Positions 49,470 through 59,404 of a stretch of 64,000 nt of DNA are shown here, one piece after another (the stretch's first letter is position 1; every line of letters begins with the position of its first letter). Source of the stretch: an uncultured Bacilli bacterium. Lineage in GTDB: Bacteria; Bacillota_I; Bacilli_A; RFN20; CAG-631. Under the pieces are notes generated by a model. It worked only from the letters and a program-made list of their open reading frames with translations. It did not search any database and had not been told where the DNA came from. Both the position numbers and the translations under genes were made by a program. The stretch covers positions 12,459-76,458 of the forward strand of contig CANQVX010000004.1 in NCBI GenBank assembly GCA_947627355.1, read 5' to 3'.

Positions 49470-50696
49470 ATGGATGTATTAAAAATTAGAAAAGACTTTC
49501 CAATGCTAGATAACAAAATAATGCAAGGACATCCCCTTGTATATTTTGATAATGCCGCTACATCTTTAAAACCAAACCAAGTTATAAATGCCATCAATGA
49601 TTATTATAAAAATTATACTAGTAATGTTCATCGTGGTGATTATGATTTAGCCGCTTTTGCCGACAAAAATTACGAACTTGCAAGAACTACTGTAGCTAAA
49701 TTTATTCATGCTAATGATAATGAAATAGTGTTTACTAGTGGCACTACAGCATCTTTAAATCTAGTGGCTCATGGTTATGCTTTAACTCATCTACATGAAA
49801 ATGATGAAATCTTATTAAATGAAGCAGAACATGCAAGCAATATCCTTCCTTGGTATGATATTTGTAAACAAACTAAAGCAGTTGTTAAATTCATTCCATT
49901 AGATGATGAAGGTAAAGTTACTCCAAAAGCCTTTTTAGAATGCATAAATGAACATACTAAAATCTTATCAATTGCTCAAATTAGTAATGTTTTAGGTTAT
50001 GAAGTAGACTTAAAAGAAATCATAAGAATTGCTCATGAACATCAAATTATCGTTGTTGTTGATGGTGCTCAAAGTGCTCCTCATATTCCAGTTAATGTTA
50101 AAGATTTAGATTGTGATTTCTTTTGTTTTTCAGCTCATAAGATGTGTGGTCCAACAGGAGTTGGAGTATTATATGGAAAATATAATTTACTAGAAGAAAC
50201 TTCTTCAACCTTACTAGGTGGCGGAATGAATGCTAAATTTGATAGATGTGGCAATATTTTATATAAAAAACCCCCATTCAAGTTTGAAGGTGGAACACCT
50301 GCTATTGAAGGTGCTATTGGTTTAAAAGCTGCCATTGATTATTTAAATCAAATTGGCATGGAAAATATTAAAAAATATGAACAAGAATTAAAACAATATG
50401 CAATTTCTAAACTCAAAGAATTAGATAATGTTGAAATTTATAATGCTAATTCTACAAGTGGTATTATTGCTTTTAATATTAAAGATGTCTTTTGTCAAGA
50501 TGCTGGTACTTATTTCAATTCCCTAGGAATTGCTGTTAGAAGTGGTCATCATTGTGCCAAAATATTACCAGATTATTTGCATGTAACTGGCACAGTTAGA
50601 GCATCATTTTATTTCTATAATACCAAAGAAGAAATTGATATCTTTGTTGAAGCTTGTAAACATGGAGGTGACTTTTTAGATGCTTTCTTTAAATGA
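49470..50696 (+). CDS. sufS: cysteine desulfurase SufS
   Basis: PLP lysine region FSAHKMCGPTGVGVLYGK. Catalytic Cys loop RSGHHCA. 408 aa. Confidence 0.92.
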   Translation: MDVLKIRKDFPMLDNKIMQGHPLVYFDNAATSLKPNQVINAINDYYKNYTSNVHRGDYDLAAFADKNYELARTTVAKFIHANDNEIVFTSGTTASLNLVAHGYALTHLHENDEILLNEAEHASNILPWYDICKQTKAVVKFIPLDDEGKVTPKAFLECINEHTKILSIAQISNVLGYEVDLKEIIRIAHEHQIIVVVDGAQSAPHIPVNVKDLDCDFFCFSAHKMCGPTGVGVLYGKYNLLEETSSTLLGGGMNAKFDRCGNILYKKPPFKFEGGTPAIEGAIGLKAAIDYLNQIGMENIKKYEQELKQYAISKLKELDNVEIYNANSTSGIIAFNIKDVFCQDAGTYFNSLGIAVRSGHHCAKILPDYLHVTGTVRASFYFYNTKEEIDIFVEACKHGGDFLDAFFK

Positions 50697-51126
50697 TCCT
50701 ATTTTAAAAAGAGAAATTATCATGGATCACTATACTAATCCTAGACATAAAAAACTAGTAGATGATCCTAGATATCTAAAAGTTAACATGAATTCTGAAT
50801 CATGCATTGATGATTTAGATATTCAAATATTAGTTGAAGATAATATCATCAAAGATTTTCGTTTTGATGGTGTTGGTTGTACTATTTCTACTGCTTCAAC
50901 TTCAATTTTAGGTGACCTTATTATTGATAAAACTGTCGATGAAGCCTTAGATATTGTTAAAAATTATGAACAAATGTTACAAGAAGAACCATTTGATGAA
51001 GAAATGCTAGAAGAAGCTGTTGTCTTTAAAGATGTTAGTAAGCAAGCTAATAGAATTAAATGTGCAACAATTGGCTATAATGGTTTAAAATCATTACTAA
51101 GTCAAATCAGAGGTGATAAAAAATGA
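50680..51126 (+). CDS. sufU: SufU (IscU-like zinc-dependent sulfurtransferase)
   Basis: NifU-N/IscU fold: [25 protein letters not shown]. Confidence 0.88.
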   Translation: MLSLNDPILKREIIMDHYTNPRHKKLVDDPRYLKVNMNSESCIDDLDIQILVEDNIIKDFRFDGVGCTISTASTSILGDLIIDKTVDEALDIVKNYEQMLQEEPFDEEMLEEAVVFKDVSKQANRIKCATIGYNGLKSLLSQIRGDKK

Positions 51127-52520
51127 CCGATGAAATCAAAGGAATTAAGGATTATCAATATGGTTTTGCTGATAAAGATACCAGTGTCTATAAAACTAAC
51201 AAAGGTATTAATGCAGATATCGTAAAAGAAATATCGAAAATTAAAAATGAACCTGAATGGATGACTGAATTTAGACTAAATTCCTATCGTCAATTTAAAA
51301 AAGCACCTTTACCTAGTTTTGGCCCTGATTTATCATTTCTAGATTTTGATAAATTCACTTATTATATCAAGCCAAGTGATCATTCAAGTAAAGACTGGAA
51401 TGAAGTACCTACAACTATTAAAAACACTTTTGATAAATTAGGTATTCCTGAACAAGAAGCTAAATTCTTTGCAGGTGTTGCTACTCAATATGAATCAGAA
51501 GTTGTTTATCATAACATGTTAAAAGAAGTTGAAGAAAAAGGTGTTATCTTTTTAGATACTGATAGTGCCCTTAAATTATATCCTGAATTATTTAAAAAAT
51601 ATTTCAACACTGTTGTTAACTATGCTGATAATAAGTTTTCAGCCCTTAATGGTGCTGTTTGGTCAGGTGGTTCATTTATCTATGTTCCTAAAAATGTTAC
51701 ACTTGAAAGGCCATTACAATCTTATTTTAGAATCAATTCTAAAAACATGGGCCAATTTGAAAGAACATTAATTATTGTTGATGAAGGCGCTTCCCTTCAT
51801 TATGTTGAAGGTTGTACAGCTCCTATTTATTCTAGTGAATCTTTACATGCAGCTGTTGTTGAAATTATCGTTAAAAAGGGAGCAAAATGCCGATATTCAA
51901 CTGTTCAAAACTGGTCTGGTAACATTGTAAATCTAGTTACTAAACGAGCAGTTGTTGAAGAAAATGGCACTATGGAATGGATTGATGGAAACATTGGTTC
52001 AGGGGTTAATATGAAATATCCTGCTTGTATTTTAAAAGGTGAAGGAGCTAAAGGTACTTGTATCTCAGTAGCTGTTGCTTCTAAAGGTCAATATCAAGAT
52101 GCTGGTGCAAGAATGATTCATCTAGCTAAAAACACAAGCAGTCAAATTATTTCTAAATCTATTTCAAGAGATGGTGGAAAAGTTAACTATCGAGGAACCG
52201 TACATCATGCTAAAAATGCCGATGGATCCCGTAGTTTTGTTCAATGTGATACATTAATTCTTGATTCACTTTCTAGTAGTGATACGATTCCTAAGAATCG
52301 TTGTTATAACAACAAATCAATTATTGAACATGAAGCAACAGTATCTAAAATATCAGATGAACAACTATTCTATTTAATGAGTAGAGGCTTATCTAAACAG
52401 CAAGCTATGCAAATGATTGTCATGGGCTTTATTGAACCATTCTCGAAAGAACTTCCAATGGAATATGCTGTTGAACTAAATCAATTATTGAAACTAAATA
52501 TGGATGATAGTATTGGATAA
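51123..52520 (+). CDS. sufB: Fe-S cluster assembly protein SufB
   Basis: 465 aa. SufB N-terminus ([21 protein letters not shown]). Beta-helix C-terminal region ([21 protein letters not shown]...). Confidence 0.92.
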   Translation: MTDEIKGIKDYQYGFADKDTSVYKTNKGINADIVKEISKIKNEPEWMTEFRLNSYRQFKKAPLPSFGPDLSFLDFDKFTYYIKPSDHSSKDWNEVPTTIKNTFDKLGIPEQEAKFFAGVATQYESEVVYHNMLKEVEEKGVIFLDTDSALKLYPELFKKYFNTVVNYADNKFSALNGAVWSGGSFIYVPKNVTLERPLQSYFRINSKNMGQFERTLIIVDEGASLHYVEGCTAPIYSSESLHAAVVEIIVKKGAKCRYSTVQNWSGNIVNLVTKRAVVEENGTMEWIDGNIGSGVNMKYPACILKGEGAKGTCISVAVASKGQYQDAGARMIHLAKNTSSQIISKSISRDGGKVNYRGTVHHAKNADGSRSFVQCDTLILDSLSSSDTIPKNRCYNNKSIIEHEATVSKISDEQLFYLMSRGLSKQQAMQMIVMGFIEPFSKELPMEYAVELNQLLKLNMDDSIG

Positions 52521-52533
52521 TAAAATCATAAAT

Positions 52534-52576
52534 TAGCCACTATTAAGCATATATTTGCTTGAGGTGGCTTTTTTGT
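52534..52576 (+). terminator. probable terminator after the suf operon
   Basis: TAGCCAC...GTGGCTTTTTTGTT. Long loop with an internal AAGCA/TGCTT helix. Confidence 0.45.
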
Positions 52577-52577
52577 T

Positions 52578-53330
52578 ATGAAAAATAAAATCACATATTA
52601 TAAGAAAAATAATTTTAATGTGATAAGAAAGTTAACATTAATATCTTTAAGCCTACTTATAAGTGTTACAATTTGTTTTCATATGTCTGCTAAGTTACTG
52701 TATCCCACCTTTTTAAATTATGCTAAAATGCAAACCAATAAATTATCTACAGCTTTAGTAAATAAGGCCATTCAGTCGACAATTTTAAATGATTTAAAAC
52801 AAGATGAAATCATTAAAGTTAATTATCAAGATAATGGAATTGCTAGTAGTGTAGAGTTTAATACATATACTATTAATAAGATTACCATGAAAGCTGCTAG
52901 CAGTGTCTATAGTAATCTTAAATATATTGAAGAAGGAAATATAGAACAAATTGAATATGATAAATTAGGTTTAGAATTAGATAACAGTTTATTATCTAAA
53001 GGTATTATTTATGAAATACCTTATGGTATGGCCTTTCATAATGGACTACTAGCTAACTTTGGACCAAAACTTCCAGTTAGATTTACAATTCTAGGTGAAA
53101 TTTTAAGTTTTATTGAAAGTAGGGTAAGTCAATATGGAATAAATAACGCTCTTATTGAAGTTGTAGCCACTTTAACGATAAAAATGCTAGTAGTTATACC
53201 ACTAGCAACAACGACAAGTGAAACAAATTATGAAATACCAATCGCTATTAAAGTTATAGCTGGTATGGTTCCCACATATTTTCAAGGAAACAATACCATT
53301 GATGATAATTTTGTCATTCCATTAAAATGA
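52578..53330 (+). CDS. YunB-like sporulation protein family member
   Basis: N-terminal TM anchor, then a roughly 200 aa domain in the style of B. subtilis YunB. Bacillus-like neighbourhood (suf operon, yut genes). Confidence 0.4.
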   Translation: MKNKITYYKKNNFNVIRKLTLISLSLLISVTICFHMSAKLLYPTFLNYAKMQTNKLSTALVNKAIQSTILNDLKQDEIIKVNYQDNGIASSVEFNTYTINKITMKAASSVYSNLKYIEEGNIEQIEYDKLGLELDNSLLSKGIIYEIPYGMAFHNGLLANFGPKLPVRFTILGEILSFIESRVSQYGINNALIEVVATLTIKMLVVIPLATTTSETNYEIPIAIKVIAGMVPTYFQGNNTIDDNFVIPLK

Positions 53331-53339
53331 GGTGAAGAT

Positions 53340-54236
53340 ATGCAATCATTTATATTTGATTATTATGGTTATAATGTAAAAGAAATTGTTGATAGTCATT
53401 TTGATTATAAGAATTATAGATTTATGCTGATTTTATCGAAAGAAAATGAATTAAATATTGCTAAACTTGATGAATTTTTATTATCGCTTAGTGAAAAATT
53501 TGCCGGTGATATCGTATATTTTGTTAAAAACCGTTACAATCAATATATTTCTTTAAATGAAACTAATAACATTATCTTACTTACTTATAAAATTGGTCCT
53601 ATTGATTTAAATACCATTATTAAAATGCATCAAGAGTATTTTAATTATTATCAAGCTAAACTAAATCTTGATGAAATTATAACTTTGTGGGAACAAAGAA
53701 TAGAATACCTTGAAAATCAATGTTTAGTCATGTTAAATTTTGATAATCCAGCCCATAAAGATTTATATGAATATGCTATGTATGCAATCGGTATGGCTGA
53801 AAATGCTTTACAATATTTAAGTGATTTAAAAATAGATTATAAAGAATATTTAGTAACAACTTTAACGCATCGAAGAATAAAAAAATTAGATAAATGGGAA
53901 ATATTTAACCCTTTTAATCTAATTTTTGATCATAGTGGAAGAGACTTAGCTGAATTATATAAAAATGGTTTAATAAACTTAGATGAACTAATTAAAATAA
54001 CTATTGATTATCAATATAAAACAAATGAATATCAATATTTACTTGCTCGAATTTTATTTCCAGTTTCAGTCTTTGATATTTTAGAAGATATCTATTTAGA
54101 TAAAAACTATGATTATAGCGAAAGTATTTATAAAGCCATTAGTTTACAAGATAAACATCTAATAAGAGTTAAGGAATTTTATAAATACTTAATCAATCAT
54201 GTTAATATTAGACCTATTCGATGGTTGGAGTTGTAA
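53340..54236 (+). CDS. hypothetical protein, possibly YutH/CotS-like (kinase-fold spore-coat protein family)
   Basis: 298 aa. Sits next to a yutI-like gene as yutH does in Bacillus. Has a LIFDH..GRD segment but no clear Brenner HGD motif, so the assignment is tentative. Confidence 0.3.
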   Translation: MQSFIFDYYGYNVKEIVDSHFDYKNYRFMLILSKENELNIAKLDEFLLSLSEKFAGDIVYFVKNRYNQYISLNETNNIILLTYKIGPIDLNTIIKMHQEYFNYYQAKLNLDEIITLWEQRIEYLENQCLVMLNFDNPAHKDLYEYAMYAIGMAENALQYLSDLKIDYKEYLVTTLTHRRIKKLDKWEIFNPFNLIFDHSGRDLAELYKNGLINLDELIKITIDYQYKTNEYQYLLARILFPVSVFDILEDIYLDKNYDYSESIYKAISLQDKHLIRVKEFYKYLINHVNIRPIRWLEL

Positions 54237-54465
54237 CGTTTTGTACACCAACAATGCCATCTACTTCTTCCATTAATAAGGTAGCAATGCCATCTTGTAA
54301 AGTACTATCAATTAAAGAACAACCTTCACATGCCCCAAGAAGTCTTACATAAACAATGCCATCTTTAAAGTCAACAAATTCTATATCACCGCCATCATGA
54401 TTGATAAAAGGTCTAATCTTTTCAAGAACCATCATGATTTTTTCTTTAGTTTTATTTTCGTCCAT
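54214..54465 (-). CDS. NifU C-terminal-domain Fe-S scaffold/carrier (YutI/Nfu-like)
   Basis: 83 aa. ILEKIRPFINHDGGDIEFVDFKDGIVYVRLLGACEGCS contains the CxxC Nfu motif. Confidence 0.85.
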   Translation of the reverse strand: MDENKTKEKIMMVLEKIRPFINHDGGDIEFVDFKDGIVYVRLLGACEGCSLIDSTLQDGIATLLMEEVDGIVGVQNVTTPTIE

Positions 54466-54583
54466 AAAATAACCTTCTTTCTACAAGAAAATATTATAAC
54501 ACAACTATGATATTATTTTGCATTATAAATTGTAAAATAATGAAAAATTTTATATAATATTTCAGGAATAAGAGGCGGTTAAA

Positions 54584-54967
54584 ATGGAATATAAAATGGG
54601 TGATATTATTAAAGTGGAAGTAGTAGGTTCACAACCCTATGGATTATTCGTTAAATCTGTAGATGATAATACTATCACTGGACTAATTCATATTTCCGAA
54701 ATATCTTATGGCTATGTAAAAGATGTAAATCAAGTGGCAAAAATTGGTGAAGTCTTAGAAACTAAAGTTTTAAGTTATGATAAAAACACTAAACATTTAA
54801 AACTATCAATGAAGGCCTTACTTGAAAGAAATCGCTATCAAAGGATAGCAATGCTTAATAAAGAAAAAAAATCACGTAGTCGTAACTTTAAAGATTTTAC
54901 ACCTCTTGCTCTTCAATTACCTAAATGGATTGAAATAGAAAAAGAAAAGGAAGAAGTAAAAAAATGA
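54584..54967 (+). CDS. S1 RNA-binding domain protein (YugI/general stress protein 13-like)
   Basis: S1 fold GDIIKVEVVGSQPYGLFVK...GLIHISEISYGYVKDV. Lys-rich tail. Confidence 0.8.
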   Translation: MEYKMGDIIKVEVVGSQPYGLFVKSVDDNTITGLIHISEISYGYVKDVNQVAKIGEVLETKVLSYDKNTKHLKLSMKALLERNRYQRIAMLNKEKKSRSRNFKDFTPLALQLPKWIEIEKEKEEVKK

Positions 54968-56220
54968 TTAAATTAGATTTAAGTAGAGCCTTTTATCAAG
55001 AAAAAATGGCTAGTTATGATTCACGGATCAAAGAAATTCATGAAATGATTACTAAAAAAACTGGACTAGGAAATGATTTTCTTGGCTGGACTGATTATGT
55101 TAATAGTCTAGATGATAACCTAGTAAACAAAATTCAAACCTTAGCAAATAAGGTTCGTAAAGAATGTGATGTTTTAGTTGTTATTGGTATTGGTGGTAGT
55201 TATCTAGGTGCTAGAGCTGCTATTGATGCAATAAATGGCCTATATAAAAAAGATAAACTAGAAATTATTTATCTTGGAAATACTTTATCTCCTTATTATG
55301 TAAGTCAAGTAATGGAATATCTAAAAGATAAAAAACTAGCAGTCAATGTGGTATCTAAATCAGGTACAACTATTGAACCAGCTATTGCTTTTAGATTTGT
55401 AAAACCATTAGTTGAAAAAGTATGGAAAGAAAGAGCAAATGAATTTATTTTTGCTACTACTGATAAACAAAAAGGCGCTTTAAAACCTTTAGCAGATAAT
55501 AAAGGTTATACAACTTTTGTTATTCCTGATGATGTAGGTGGTAGATATTCAGTTATCACTCCAGTAGGTCTATTTCCTATGGCTTGTGCTGGTCTTGATA
55601 TCAAATCTTTCATAAATGGTGTTAAACATGCAATGGTTACTTATAGTAAAGAAAATAATATTGCTTATCAATATGCTTTAAGTCGCTATTTACATTTCAT
55701 TAATAATAAAAATGTGGAATTCTTTATTAATTATGAACCACATCTAAATATGATAAACGAATGGCTAAAACAATTATTTGGTGAAAGTGAAGGAAAACAA
55801 AACCAAGGTTTACTTCCAGCAAGTCTTTGCTTCACAACTGATTTACATTCCATGGGTCAATTCTGTCAAGAAGGTCATGATGTTTTCTTTGAAACAACTA
55901 TTAGATTACAAAATTATCAAAATGATATAGCAATTCCTGCAATGGAAAATGATGCTGATAATCTTAACTATCTAGTAAATAAAAAGATTTCTTATGTCAA
56001 TGATATTGCTATTGATTCAACCATCAAAGCTCATTGTTTGGGAAATCGTTCTAATATTGTAATTGAACTAGATAAACTAGATGAATATAACCTTGGTGAA
56101 TTATTTTATTTCTTTATGATTAGTTGTGCTTGTTCAGCTTATTTATTAAATGTTAATCCTTTTAATCAACCAGGAGTAGAAGTTTATAAAAAAGAAATGA
56201 AAGATTTACTTAAAAAATAA
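54964..56220 (+). CDS. pgi: glucose-6-phosphate isomerase (Firmicute short type)
   Basis: SIS motifs VVIGIGGSYLGARAAIDA. GGRYSVITPVGL. Catalytic FGESEGKQ. Confidence 0.9.
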   Translation: MIKLDLSRAFYQEKMASYDSRIKEIHEMITKKTGLGNDFLGWTDYVNSLDDNLVNKIQTLANKVRKECDVLVVIGIGGSYLGARAAIDAINGLYKKDKLEIIYLGNTLSPYYVSQVMEYLKDKKLAVNVVSKSGTTIEPAIAFRFVKPLVEKVWKERANEFIFATTDKQKGALKPLADNKGYTTFVIPDDVGGRYSVITPVGLFPMACAGLDIKSFINGVKHAMVTYSKENNIAYQYALSRYLHFINNKNVEFFINYEPHLNMINEWLKQLFGESEGKQNQGLLPASLCFTTDLHSMGQFCQEGHDVFFETTIRLQNYQNDIAIPAMENDADNLNYLVNKKISYVNDIAIDSTIKAHCLGNRSNIVIELDKLDEYNLGELFYFFMISCACSAYLLNVNPFNQPGVEVYKKEMKDLLKK

Positions 56221-56384
56221 AAAGAACCTATAAAAAGTAAAAAAACCGAGATATAAACCTCGATTTTTTTAATACTTCTAAAAATTCCAAACGGCATCGT
56301 AATGGCGTCTTTGTAAAAATGTATTACCATTTTTTCCCTATCTATAAGTTATCAAAAAAAAGGTGCCCTTGTCAATCTATTTTT

Positions 56385-57365
56385 TTAAAAATTTTTGACG
56401 ATAATTTTATGGAAGTAATGATACACAGATTTTAAAAGTCTATTATTTACGTAATAGTTTTTGTTTAAAACCATTCTGCCATAAAATAATTCATTGATTT
56501 CTTTATATACATTTTGTTTGACACTTTCACTAGTTACGATTTCATTAAATAAATACAACGCACATGTTATTTGTCTTATTCTTGAATTTTTAAGTTTATT
56601 AAACCTTGCTTTCCTCTTTATTCCACATTGTATTAAATACTCATCAATTAATCTACTTGGTTTTTTGTTGTTATCTTTTGCATCAAGATCAACTAGTATA
56701 CAAGAATTATGGGCCGCAGCATTTCTTAGTTTTTTAACTTCCTTTAACACCTTAAAATATTTCTTGTCTTCTAGATTATAGTAGCTAGTAAAAAATTTAA
56801 AAAACCTTATTAGTTCACCAAAAGAAATCAGTTCAAAAAATACCCAAATAGGAATGTCTTGTATTTTTTTACCTTCTTGCAAATTATATTTAGAGAATAT
56901 TTGTCTATGATATTCACTATCTTTTTTCATTATAATGTTTTCGTGTGTTCTTTTAGGATATTGGGTATCGTTATAATCTTCATCAAGAAATAAGTTTACT
57001 ATTTTGTAGCCATCTTCATCTTCTATAGACTCAATCGTGTTCAATATTCTAAGTTGCAAATAATGTTCGATGTTCGTAGTAATCTTTAAAAATAAAAGTC
57101 GTACTCTATAATCAATAATTGCTAAATCTATTAAATAAGCAAAATCTAAATCAATGTATTTGCCTATTAACTCACCATATTGATATACTTCAAAATTACT
57201 TTTAAATGATATTATTTTGTAATAGAAATTATTGCTTAATAAATATTTTATAGCTTTTTCTTTACTACAAATTTTAAACATGACATTTTCTTCGACCAAG
57301 CGTTGAATCATTTCAGGTATACTTAACATTTTTTCTAATGTATTTACTGCTGTAATTGTGTCCAT
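56385..57365 (-). CDS. Abi_2-family abortive infection protein (AbiD/AbiF-like)
   Basis: 326 aa. Abi_2 hallmarks: WVFFELISFGELIRFFKFF, and a conserved R-N-x-x-AH block (LRNAAAHNSCIL). The whole gene is AT-rich, and it lies convergent with pgi. Confidence 0.65.
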   Translation of the reverse strand: MDTITAVNTLEKMLSIPEMIQRLVEENVMFKICSKEKAIKYLLSNNFYYKIISFKSNFEVYQYGELIGKYIDLDFAYLIDLAIIDYRVRLLFLKITTNIEHYLQLRILNTIESIEDEDGYKIVNLFLDEDYNDTQYPKRTHENIIMKKDSEYHRQIFSKYNLQEGKKIQDIPIWVFFELISFGELIRFFKFFTSYYNLEDKKYFKVLKEVKKLRNAAAHNSCILVDLDAKDNNKKPSRLIDEYLIQCGIKRKARFNKLKNSRIRQITCALYLFNEIVTSESVKQNVYKEINELFYGRMVLNKNYYVNNRLLKSVYHYFHKIIVKNF

Positions 57366-57554
57366 CTTTTCACCTCCTTTTTTATGTTAAATTATATAAC
57401 ATTTTTGGTGCGAAAAACATAAAAATAAATTGAAAATTTGTCGAGAGAAACGGATGAAATTAACAAAAAACTGTACTGAAAAATATATGAAAAAAATATG
57501 AAAAAATTTGCATTTAAAAATGACACTCAAAAGCGAAAAAAATAAAAAAATCTG

Positions 57555-57583
57555 TTGAAAGCAATCTAGTTTAATGTTACAAT
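57555..57583 (+). promoter_or_regulatory. sigma-A-type promoter of the plus-strand lipoprotein cluster
   Basis: TTGAAA, 17 nt, TACAAT. SD AAAGGAAAGGA before the ATG at 57624. Confidence 0.45.
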
Positions 57584-57623
57584 CAACCTAATTATATATT
57601 CTTAAAGGAAAGGAAAAAAACAT

Positions 57624-59387
57624 ATGAAAAAGAATAAATTATTTTTATTTCTTTTACCTTGTTTATTAGTTGCTGGTTGTAATGATTCAAAAAGTTCCTC
57701 AACTAATTCAAGTAGTAGTAAAGAAATAGTGGACTTTGAAGTTCCTATTACATTAGCAAAGTTAAAAAACTTATTTGCTAAAGGAGGAGTTTCTTATAAC
57801 CTAGAAGAACAAGAAACTAAATCTTCAACTCGACATACTAAAGAGGTTACTACTAAGATGTGGTCTATTGAAACAACCATTACTAACGAAACCTTAACCA
57901 CTTATGAAGGACCTTTTGCTTATCTTAGTGGAACTGAAAAGGTAACTCATGAAATGACTGACGAATTTGTAAGTCAATACCCCGATGAAAATGATACTTA
58001 TCAAACTTTTCGAGGTGTTTATAACGATAAATATTATGAAGTAATTGATTATGGCGTTGGAAAAGATAGAGATTATGCTGTTGTTCTTAATATTACTGAT
58101 AATGTAACTGATACAGCATCACAAATAAAAATGGAAGATGTTATTCATTATTCAAATACTACAGCCTCTGATTTTGTTTGGAGTTATCTAAATTATATGA
58201 ACAGTATAAATGGTTTACTTGATCCTGATATCAAAGCTGATAAAAGTTTTAGTTACCATTTAGAATCTGAAGGTGAAAGTGCTGATGATTATGGTGTTTA
58301 TCCTTTTAACGTTTCACTTGATTTAGATTTTGAAAAAGATGGCTTTTTAAAACGTTATAATCTAGTTTATGAAATGAGATATATTGATGATGAAACTCAA
58401 ATTGAAATAGATTATGGTTCAATTGAAGATGAAATAGTTATCACTAGAGGAGAAAAAACTAAAGTTAATAACAATTATCCTTTAGTTCCAACTGATTATT
58501 GGCTAACAGATTATGAAGTGCAATTATCAGTTACTAATCGAGATTTAGAAACATATAATGTTAATCCTAATGAAATACCTATTGATTGTTATGTTGATGC
58601 AAATGCAGTCTCAGTAATTCCTGAAAAAGCACTAGATACTGATGTCAAAATTGTTTCAAGTACTAATAACGATGTTGTATCAGTAAATGAATATGGAGTT
58701 GTTAGATCAGTTGGTGCAGGAACAGCAACTTTAACAGTTAGTTCATCTACAGGAATAGAAAAAACAATTGATGTAACAGTATTCATTCCGGATGCATTAT
58801 CAGTTGAACTAAAATGTTATAGTTTACATCATTATAAAGGTGAAACTTATAACTTATATGTTTATTGGAATCCTGATAACGTAAGAGAAGAATTGGATTG
58901 GCATGTTGACCATCCAGAAATATTAGAAGTTGATTTTGATGATGCAGGTGATCCTATCGTTCATTGTTTAGAAGCAGGAACTGCTACTATTACAATAACG
59001 GCTAAAGGAAAACCAACTGTCACAGATTCATTAACATTTACTGTAACTGAAAAATTAAGTGCTGAACAAATAAATCAAGCAGTAATTGGTAAATGGATAA
59101 ATCAATCACATCCAGAACAATATGTACAATTTAATGCTGATTTGACCGGTAGTTTCTTCTATGATTATGAGTTTACATTTACTTGGTCTATAACAATTAC
59201 AGCTAATAATGTAACAATTCATTTATCAACTGTTACACCTAACACAACAGAATTAACATATTCATATGATGGAAATAATATAGCTGATGTTGCCTTAGAC
59301 GGCTTATCTTTAAGACTTGAATTAGGATTTTCTTCATATGATTATTGGGCATTTGAATATGCTGGCACATTTATAAAAGAAAATTAA
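57624..59387 (+). CDS. secreted lipoprotein with Big_2 (bacterial Ig-like) domain
   Basis: Lipobox LLVAGC. Ser-rich linker. Big_2-like segment (VSVNEYGVVRSVGAGTATLTVSSSTGIEKTIDVTV). C-terminal beta-rich domain similar to the next gene. Confidence 0.75.
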   Translation: MKKNKLFLFLLPCLLVAGCNDSKSSSTNSSSSKEIVDFEVPITLAKLKNLFAKGGVSYNLEEQETKSSTRHTKEVTTKMWSIETTITNETLTTYEGPFAYLSGTEKVTHEMTDEFVSQYPDENDTYQTFRGVYNDKYYEVIDYGVGKDRDYAVVLNITDNVTDTASQIKMEDVIHYSNTTASDFVWSYLNYMNSINGLLDPDIKADKSFSYHLESEGESADDYGVYPFNVSLDLDFEKDGFLKRYNLVYEMRYIDDETQIEIDYGSIEDEIVITRGEKTKVNNNYPLVPTDYWLTDYEVQLSVTNRDLETYNVNPNEIPIDCYVDANAVSVIPEKALDTDVKIVSSTNNDVVSVNEYGVVRSVGAGTATLTVSSSTGIEKTIDVTVFIPDALSVELKCYSLHHYKGETYNLYVYWNPDNVREELDWHVDHPEILEVDFDDAGDPIVHCLEAGTATITITAKGKPTVTDSLTFTVTEKLSAEQINQAVIGKWINQSHPEQYVQFNADLTGSFFYDYEFTFTWSITITANNVTIHLSTVTPNTTELTYSYDGNNIADVALDGLSLRLELGFSSYDYWAFEYAGTFIKEN

Positions 59388-59404
59388 AAAGGAAAGGAAA
59401 AAAC

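Noticed and set aside
56221-56384. Possible hairpins (CCGAG...CTCG; GGCATCG...) after pgi that might be terminators.
   Set aside because: The stems are only 4-5 bp with poor T-runs, so the support is too weak to annotate.
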